From Eledone cirrhosa (lineage: Eukaryota): 64,000 bases of DNA. The stretch spans positions 7,378,001 to 7,442,000 of the forward strand of contig OZ024747.1 in NCBI GenBank assembly GCA_964016885.1. Reading direction: 5' to 3'. Below the pieces are notes generated by a model. The model saw only the letters and a program-made list of their open reading frames with translations, ran no database searches and was not told the origin of the DNA. How positions within the stretch are numbered: the first letter of the stretch is position 1; the number at the start of each line of letters is the position of its first letter. Below, one piece after another: positions 56,140 to 64,000 of this stretch. The position numbers and the translations under genes are program-made.

Positions 56140-56625
56140 GTGAGGTGGGGTGGTAATGGTTATGGCAGTGATGGTGTGTTATAGTTGCGGTGGTAGTGGT
56201 AGTGAGCATTGGTCGAGGTGGTGGTGGTGGTGATGATGGTGGGGTAAGTGGTTGTTATGGTGATGGTGGGGTAGGTGGCTGTTGTGGTGTTGGTGGTAGT
56301 TGTGGTGATGGTGGTGGTGATTGTTGTGGTGATGGTGGTGGTGGTGGTTGTGGTGATGGTAGTGTTGGTGGTGGTTGTTGTGGTGATGGTAGTGTTGGTG
56401 GTTGTTGTGGTGATGGTGGTGGTGGTTGTTGTGGTGATGGTAGTGGTGGTGGTTGTGGTGATGGTAGTGTTGGTGGTGGTTGTGGTGATGGTGGTGGTGG
56501 TGGTGATGGTAGTGTTGGTGGTGGTTGTGGTGATGGTGGTGGTGGTGGTTGTTGTGGTGATGGTAGTGTTGGTGGTTGTTGTGGGGATGGTGGTGGTGGC
56601 CGCCGTCGTCGTAGTGGAGTGATGA
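56140..56625. repeat. (GGT/TGT/GAT)n degenerate trinucleotide repeat
   Basis: Direct inspection. Confidence 0.88.
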
Positions 56626-56732
56626 CGTTAGCGGTGGGTTGATGAGACAGGATGGCGATGGGTGCGGATATATAGACGGAAGTTGGGGTGGCTAAAGATG
56701 TCTTCAGCATTTGTTTATCAAACAGATGTCGA

Positions 56733-57012
56733 ATGGTGGCGATAACTGGTGAGGGGGAGGGTAAGATAGTGGTGGCGATAACTGGTGAGGGGGAGGGTAA
56801 GATAGTGGTGGCGATAACTGGTGAGGGGGAGGGTAAGATAGTGGTGGCGATAACTGGTGAGGGGGGGGGGTAAGATAGTGGTGGCGATAACTGGTGAGGG
56901 GGGGGGTAAGATAGTGGTGGCGATAACTGGTGAGGGGGGGGTAAGATAGTGGTGGCGATAACTGGTGGGGGGGGGGGGATAAGATAGTGGTGGCGATAAC
57001 TGGTGAGGGGGT
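56733..57012. repeat. 36-bp G-rich minisatellite, ~8 copies
   Basis: gtggtggcgataactggtgagggggagggtaagata. Confidence 0.9.
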
Positions 57013-57265
57013 GGGGTAGGTGTAGGAGAGTGGTGGAATGATGGAGTAGTGTGGTTGCGGAGTGGTGGAATGGTGGAATATTGGAGTGGTGGAGTGGTGG
57101 AGTGGTGGAGTGGTGGAGTGGTGTAGTGGTAACGGTTGCTGTGGGATTGGTAGTGGTTATACTGTGTTACAGTTCAAATCTCGCTAACCTTGCTTCAGAC
57201 CTGAGCTGACATTCCACAGTAATTGACTATCTTTACGCTACAACCTACAAAATATATGTAATACT

Positions 57266-57738
57266 GTGGTGGTGGTGGTGGTGGGAGGTGGTGGTGGAAG
57301 AAGTTGTTGTTGCTGTTGTTGTTGGTGGTGGTGGTGGTGGAAGAAGTTGTTGTTGCTGTTGTTGTTGGTGGTGGTGGTGGAAGAAGTTGTTGCTGTTGTT
57401 GTTGGTGGTGGTGGAAGAAGTTGTTGTTGCTGTTGTTGTTGGTGGTGGTGGTGGAAGAAGTTGTTGTTGCTGTTGTTGTTGGTGGTGGTGGTGGAAGAAG
57501 TTGTTGTTGCTGTTGTTGTTGGTGGTGGTGGTGGAAGAAGTTGTTGTTGCTGTTGTTGTTGGTGGTGGTGGTGGAAGAAGTTGTTGTTGGTGGTGGTGGT
57601 GGTGGAAGGTGGGAGGAGTTGTCGCTATTGTTGTTGTGGTGGTGGTGAAGTTGTTATTGTTGTTGTTGGTGGTGTGTGGAAGAAGTTGTTGTTGCTGTTG
57701 TTGTTGGTGGTGGTGGTGGTGGTGGAAGAAGGAGTTGT
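57266..57738. repeat. 40-bp minisatellite built from GGT/GAA/GTT triplets, ~10 copies
   Basis: ttgttgttgctgttgttgttggtggtggtggtggaagaag. Confidence 0.9.
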
Positions 57739-58135
57739 TTTCATCTCAGCTCAGCTGTGATCGAGCAACACGTTTATATTATTACGTGAGTTGTCGATCA
57801 GACGACCAGGCATGAACCATATATCCAATAAAACCGGAATTAGACTTGGTGAGTCCCTAAATTATAGAAATCCTAGTCCCACACACATCCACACACACCC
57901 ATTCTTTTTTTTTTTTAATCACCAGAAAATCTCAGAAATTGAAAACATTTTTTATGTCCGGGCGAATTGTTAGGTTCTAAACTGCAGTTTGTCTGGCACT
58001 GAATGTAACACAGAGATTCTCAAACTTTTGGGGCCACCGTCCTACCCCCTCCTCACGGCCATGTAATACCCTCAATGCCCCCCCCCCCCCCATACTATAT
58101 TTCCAGAGAGACCTGCCAACGCGCAAATAGTAAAT

Positions 58136-58327
58136 AGTTGTTTCTACTTTTGGCACAAGGCCAGCAATTCCCCTAGTGCATTACTGGTACTTTATTTTAT
58201 CGACCCCCGTAATGATGAAAGGTAAAGTTAACCATGGCGGAATTTGAACTCAGAATGGAAAGGGCCGTAGCTCTATGCGTCGAAGCATGGCGTCCGACCC
58301 TCTACAGATACTGCTAACCCACCGCCA
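58136..58327 (-). mobile_element. SINE family B
   Basis: Same consensus, minus strand. Confidence 0.8.
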
Positions 58328-58849
58328 TATAACTTGTAAATAATATATAATAAATAAAATCGTTAATTTATATATAAAAAATAATATAATATATACTATG
58401 TATAAATAGATATTATATATTTTATATTTTACTATATTTATATATATGTATCATTTGATATTTAATATACTATTATATCATCTCTATCGGCCCCCTTAGG
58501 CCCCAGCGTTCCTTGGACCATCTCAAAACCCCTCGGAGGTGGGGGTAGTGCCCATTTTGAGAAACTTCTGATATAGCAGATCTACTGTGTTGTCGTCTCA
58601 ACCTGTTTAAATATGTTTTCAAACATACAAATATACTTCTTTATGTACTGAGCTAGATTTGATTTTACTAGAGTACACCTGGGAATCAGAGCTGGCGGGG
58701 GGGGGGGGGGGGGGGCAGATCAATTTCATGAAAAGTAGAGCAACATTTTCAAAAATTAGCGGAATGTGTTAAAAAGTAATTCAAAATGATTATGTTGATT
58801 ACTCACACACACACACACACACACACACAGACGCACGCACACACACACA

Positions 58850-59070
58850 CATCATCGTCATCATCATCATCATGGTGGTGGTGGTGGTTATGGTGAAGGT
58901 GATGATGATGATGATGATGATGATGATCTTCCCTACTTGCAAAGGTGGGACGGGTCTTATTCAGCACAGCATCTCTCCACATGTCACGGTCCACCGTGAG
59001 CTTCAGCGATCTGAGGTCTGTTCTCACCACCTCCGCCCATGTTTTCCGTGGTCTACCTCTGCCACGTCTT
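58850..59070 (-). mobile_element. RTE LINE 3' end with trinucleotide tail
   Basis: RRGRGRPRKTWAEVVRTDLRSLKLTVDRDMWRDAV; 3' end shared with SINE family A. Confidence 0.78.
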
Positions 59071-59073
59071 ATA

Positions 59074-59217
59074 TATATTATAACTGAATATAAAAGAAAA
59101 ACGAACACAGATATATACATATATGTGTTCAACCTTAGCGAATCTGGTCCCTTACGATTTCAACACATATATGTATATATCTGTGTTCCTTTTTCTTTTA
59201 TATTCAGTTATAATATA
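59074..59217. repeat. Inverted repeat, 56-bp arms, 32-nt loop
   Basis: tatattataactgaatataaaagaaaaacgaacacag.. / ..ctgtgttcctttttcttttatattcagttataatata, 1 mismatch. Confidence 0.9.
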
Positions 59218-59296
59218 CGGCTCGGAAAAATCTCTTTCCGTGAGCTATTTTATAGTAAGAGAGTATTTTGAGTTTCTAACTCAATATATACCTTTG

Positions 59297-59301
59297 ATAT
59301 A

Positions 59302-59337
<36 letters not shown>

Positions 59338-59904
59338 TGTATGTATGTATGTATGTATGTATGTATGTATGTATGTATGTATGTATGTATGTATGTATAT
59401 ATGTATGTATATATATATGTATGTATATATGTATGTATGTATGTATATATGTATGTATATATATATGTATGTATATATGTATGTATGTATATATGTATGT
59501 ATGTATATATGTAATTTTATTATTTGAAAATTCTCACCTTCATTTTATATTTAATAACTAAATAGCCTGATGCACGTGTTTGACAATATCAAAAGATTGA
59601 AACATATTGCAGCTTGTAACAAAATAATTTGATATAGTTGTGTGTGTGTATATGTATTTATATATGTGTGTGTCTGTATGTATGTATATATATATATGTG
59701 TGTGTTTATATATATATGTGTGTGTGTTTATATATATATGTGTGTGTGTTTATATATATATATGTGTGTATATATGTATGTATGTTTATATATATGGGTA
59801 TGTATGTATGTATGTATGTATATATATATGTATGTATATATATATGTATGTATATATATATGTATATATATATATATATGTATGTATGTATATATGTATG
59901 TATG

Positions 59905-59938
<34 letters not shown>

Positions 59939-60310
59939 TGTATATATGTATGTATATATGTATGTATGTATATATATATGTATGTATATATGTATGTATA
60001 TATGTATGTATGTATATATATATGTATGTATATATGTATGTATGTATATATATATGTATGTATATATGTATGTATATATGTATGTATGTATATATGTATG
60101 TATGTATATATGTATGTATGTATGTATATATGTATGTATGTATATATATATGTATGTATATATATATGTATGTATGTATATATATATGTATGTATGTATA
60201 TATGTATGTATGTATATATGTATGTATGTATATATATATGTATGTATATATATATGTATGTATATATATATATGTGTATATATATATATGTATATATATA
60301 TATATGTATG

Positions 60311-60344
<34 letters not shown>

Positions 60345-60843
60345 TGTATATATATATGTATGTATATATGTATGTTTGTATATATGTATGTATGTATATA
60401 TGTATGTATATATATATGTATGTATATATGTATGTATATATATATGTATGTATATATGTATGTATGTATGTATATATGTATGTATATATATATGTATGTA
60501 TATATGTATGTATGTATATATGTATGTATGTATATATGTATGTATGTATATATGTATGTATGTATATATGTATGTATGTATATATGTATGTATGTATATA
60601 TGTATGTATGTATATATGTATGTATGTATATATGTATGTATGTATGTATATATGTATGTATGTATATATGTATGTATATATGTATGTATGTATATATATA
60701 TATGTATGTATATATATATATGTATGTATATATATATATGTATGTATATATATATATGTATGTATGTATGTATGCATGTATGTATGCATATATGTATGCA
60801 TATATGTATGTATGTATGTATGTATGTATATATGTATGTATAT
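59297..60843. repeat. (TATG)n/(TA)n compound microsatellite
   Basis: Two tracts, 59297..59512 and 59640..60843. Confidence 0.95.
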
Positions 60844-61320
60844 GGGAGAGATGACCCCTTAGCCTTTGTCAAGGCAGAATTCTAGGAGAAGGAAAACTCT
60901 GATATAACACCTGCAACTCTGATGGTATCCAATGATGTTGACGTGTTCTTCTTTTTGGTAAATATCATCTTGGTTAAGAGAGTGGGACTGGCTTTGTGCA
61001 GTGCCTTTGCTCACTATAAAAGCTTCACGGCACAGGCATTGCTTTATATCTGGAGATCTCCCTGCATTTGTCGTCACATGATACCATGGGCCCAGCACTA
61101 AGTGTCAATAATTGTCACAAGTGTAGTGTTTGTACCAGAGTTTTCAAGTCGCTGGCTGGACTAAAAAGTCACACTCGTTCAGCGCATCGGTAGGGGTTCT
61201 CCTACATGGATATAAAGTAGTGGCCATACTCGAAAACGAGTTGGCAGCCACCATGTATGTATGTATGTATGTATGTATGTATGTATGTATGTATGTATGT
61301 ATGTATGTATGTATGTATGT
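60844..61320 (+). mobile_element. Non-autonomous bipartite RTE-derived element with (TATG)n tail
   Basis: 5' part ctaggagaaggaaaactctga (RTE 5'-like). 3' part encodes CSVCTRVFKSLAGLKSHTRSAH*, then stem-loop ctcgaaaacgag and (ATGT)n. Confidence 0.65.
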
Positions 61321-61321
61321 A

Positions 61322-61912
61322 TATTGCTGCTGATCGTAATAAATGGAGAAAGACTGTATATGAGGGAAAAGTTGCCTTTGAGGCATCTCGAATCGCATAC
61401 GAGAAAATAAAGCGGGATGTGAGGAAGGGCATTGCTGTTGCACTTCCAGACGGCGAGGGTCCTCCTATGGTGCTGACATGCAGCGTCTGTGCGAGACTCT
61501 GCCTCAGCAAAGCTGGACTTGAAAGTCATCTTCGCAGTCATAAAGTAAGACCAGTAGTTGACTACCAGGCTGCTGTTGGAGATGCTACTCATCATGCTTG
61601 TCAAACATGTGGTAGAGAATGTAAGTCAGCAGGAGGGCTCAAACGACATGCAAAAGTACATGAACTCCAACCACAGCCGGCTATTCCCAGTGAATGTTTT
61701 GGTTGCCGACTCTGTGCAAGACATTTTAGATCATTGGCTGGGCTAAAAAGCCACATTCGATCGCAGCGCTGTTAGTTGCTATCGTGTGTGTGTGTGTGTA
61801 GATACGCTTATGTGTGTGCGTGTGTGTGTATATATATATGTATATGTATATTATTATTGTTGTTGTCGTTATTATTATTGTTGTTATTGTTATTATTATT
61901 ATTATTAATGTA

Positions 61913-61957
<45 letters not shown>

Positions 61958-61969
61958 ATATATATATAT

Positions 61970-62001
<32 letters not shown>

Positions 62002-62070
62002 TTTCTCGTGCAATGGCCATACTCGATAACGAGGGGGAAGCCATCATGTATGTATGTATGTATGTATGTA
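61322..62070 (+). mobile_element. RTE LINE 3' fragment whose ORF ends in three C2H2-like fingers
   Basis: AADRNKWRKTVYEGKVAFEASR..KRDVRK (RTE C-terminal signature), then CSVC..H..H, CQTC..H..H and CRLC..H. 3' end ggccatactcgataacgag..gccatc(ATGT)n. Confidence 0.78.
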
Positions 62071-62071
62071 T

Positions 62072-62254
62072 GGGCCTAGCACTATGTGTCAATAATTGTC
62101 ACAAGTGTTGTGTTTGTACCAGAGTTTTCAAGTCGCTGGCTGGACTAAAAAGTCACACTCGTTTAGCGCATCAGTAGGGGTTCTCCTACATGGATATAAA
62201 GTGGTGGCCGTACTCGAAAACGAGTTGGCAGCCACCATGTATGTATGTATGTAT
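62072..62254 (+). mobile_element. 5'-truncated copy of the bipartite RTE-derived element
   Basis: Nearly identical to 61088..61270. Confidence 0.75.
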
Positions 62255-62762
62255 GTGAAGCTTTTATAGTGAGCAAAGGCACTGCACAAAGCCAGTCCCA
62301 CTCTCTTAACCAAGATGATATTTACCAAAAAGAAGAACAAGTCAACATAATTGGATACCATCAGAGTTGCAGGTGTTATATCAGAGTTTTCCTTCTCCTA
62401 GAATTCTGCCTTGACAAAGGCTAAGGGGTCATCTCTCCCGGTGATTTTGGATGGCCATTTACTCTTAAGAGCTCCTTTGCCCTTTGACAGGTTTTGTTTT
62501 TAGTCCTGCAGGATGTCCAAAGTCACCCTCCTCACCAAAAAACCTTGGTCACATGGTACCTTGTCGTCACATGGTACCATGGGCCCAGCACTATGTGTCA
62601 GTAATTGTCACAAGTGTAGTGTTTGTACCAGAGTTTTCAAGTCGGTGGCTGGACTAAAAATTCACACTTGTTCAGCGCATCGGTAGGGGTTCTCCTACAT
62701 GGATATAAAGTAGTGGCCGTACTCGAAAACGAGTTGGCAGCCACCATGTAAGTATGTATGTA
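62255..62762. mobile_element. Bipartite RTE-derived element with 5' inversion
   Basis: 62255..62560 is the inverted 5' part (62255..62439 = reverse complement of 60844..61028, 2 mismatches); 62561..62762 is the forward 3' part plus tail. Confidence 0.72.
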
Positions 62763-62764
62763 TT

Positions 62765-62970
62765 TGTGAAGTCGCGTGGCTGACTGGTTAGAGAATTGGA
62801 TTCGCAATCGTGAGGTTGTGAGTTTGATTCCTGGACCGGGTGATGCGTTATGTCCTTGGGCAAGACATTTTATTTCACGTTGCTCCTTCTACCTGGAGTT
62901 GTGACCGATAGAGAGTATTAGCAATTAGAAAGACCAATGGAAACTTTATTTCCACGTTCCGATTTGACGA
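62765..62970 (+). mobile_element. tRNA/CORE SINE variant ending at a large palindrome
   Basis: A/B boxes, gtccttgggcaagacatt core, aagaccaatggaaac block shared with 12560..12690. Confidence 0.7.
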
Positions 62971-62972
62971 AA

Positions 62973-63134
62973 GTCGATCGACTGACTATATTTGAGAAAA
63001 GGAAAAGAATGACTTCACTTGAAGTTCTAAACAATTTGATTTAATTTTATAATATTATAAAATTAAATCAAATTGTTTAGAACTACAAGTGAAGTCATTC
63101 TTTTCCTTTTCTCAAATATAATCAGTCGATCGAC
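62973..63134. repeat. 162-bp loopless palindrome (81-bp arms, 2 mismatches)
   Basis: gtcgatcgactgactatatttgagaaaagg..ttttataat|attataaaa..ccttttctcaaatataatcagtcgatcgac. Confidence 0.93.
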
Positions 63135-63325
63135 GAAGGAAGTGTGGTAAGGAACCACGTGGACCATAACGCACTAGAGTACTCGATACTTTGGGTAGTA
63201 GAGTGGGTAATGGGAAAAGGTTTAACCCCGACGGCAGAACTCAAGCCGTTTCGACGGCTATTTCTGGACTCCAGAAATACCCGTCGAAACTGCTTGAGCT
63301 CTGCCGTCGGGGTCCTGAACATTTT
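63133..63325 (-). mobile_element. Penelope-like cassette with a hammerhead 3' half folded into a 44-bp hairpin
   Basis: Hairpin 63225..63313. Minus strand GAAAC-GGC..GCC-GUC-GGGGU. GAGTACTCGATAC at 63177. Terminal gtgcgttatggtcca..ggttccttaccaca is shared with 1950..1992. Confidence 0.5.
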
Positions 63326-63370
63326 CCTATATATATATATACATACATATATATATATATATACATAGAT

Positions 63371-63406
<36 letters not shown>

Positions 63407-63747
63407 GTGTGTGTATGTATGTAAGTTTCTATATACATACGCACAGAGGGAGGTGGGGTGTATCTGAAAAATAGGAAGTAAGGATTTAAAGAGTTATGGA
63501 GAGAAATCTGAAGACGGTGTGTGTGAGTCTGAGACGAGGTGGGGGGGGGGCTGTATAAATGCAGGTGTTTATACCAAACTGCTCTCAGTTTACAAGAACA
63601 GAACCAATCCTAGAAAAGTCGAGGTTCTCTTGCCAAAATACTAGATATTTGTTTCTCTGGAATAATGGAGGATGTTACTAACGATGGTTGCTTTCTAAAA
63701 CGGGATGAGGCAAATACAACATCAACAAAAACTACAACAACAATAAT

Positions 63748-63960
63748 GATTTCTAATATAGGCACAAGGCCAGTAATTTGGGGGGGGGGAGTTGATTAAA
63801 TCGATCTCAGTACGTTACTGGTAGTTTATTTTATCGACCCGGTAAGGATGAAAGGCAAAGTTAACCTCGGCGGGATTTGAAGTCAGACCATAAATGGCCG
63901 TAACTCTATGCTGCAAAGCATGGCGTCTGACTCTCTACCGATACTGGCAATCCACCGCCC
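63748..63960 (-). mobile_element. SINE family B
   Basis: Same consensus, minus strand. Confidence 0.8.
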
Positions 63961-64000
63961 TTTTCAAGATAATAATACTAATAACAAAGATAATTTCTAA

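Noticed and set aside
56190-57815. Gly/Cys-rich, Pro-rich and poly-Val ORFs
   Set aside because: Open in several frames and both strands because of trinucleotide repeats; no splice or homology support.
59638-60885. ORFs of ~400 aa on both strands
   Set aside because: (TATG)n microsatellite artefacts.
62440-62560. Possible HDV-like ribozyme in the RTE-like 5' region
   Set aside because: I could not assemble the nested double pseudoknot on either strand by eye; it needs an RNAMotif/Infernal search.

Overview
AT-rich, microsatellite- and SINE-dense animal genomic DNA, most consistent with an octopus/coleoid cephalopod (inferred from repeat families and the ZNF cluster). The left third holds a complete 10-coding-exon ENTPD4/7-type apyrase gene (+ strand, CDS 3672..17823, 682 aa by manual splicing, all phases consistent, five apyrase conserved regions). 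After a ~4.9 kb compound (TA) microsatellite comes a cluster of four effector-less C2H2 zinc-finger ORFs (33.3-50.1 kb). The rest is a mosaic of tRNA-derived SINEs, piggyBac-like MITEs, LINE fragments (RTE, CR1, R4/Dong, CRE-like) and minisatellites. Most long ORFs in the supplied track are microsatellite artefacts. The most notable signal is a dispersed set of Penelope-type hammerhead-ribozyme cassettes next to (TA)n tracts. One has an intact minimal core. Several others are folded into self-antisense hairpins, and two of these lack the CUGANGA half. Also notable are several long palindromes, a likely twin-primed RTE-derived insertion and an RTE C-terminus with three C2H2-like fingers. All alignments were done by eye; no database searches were run.
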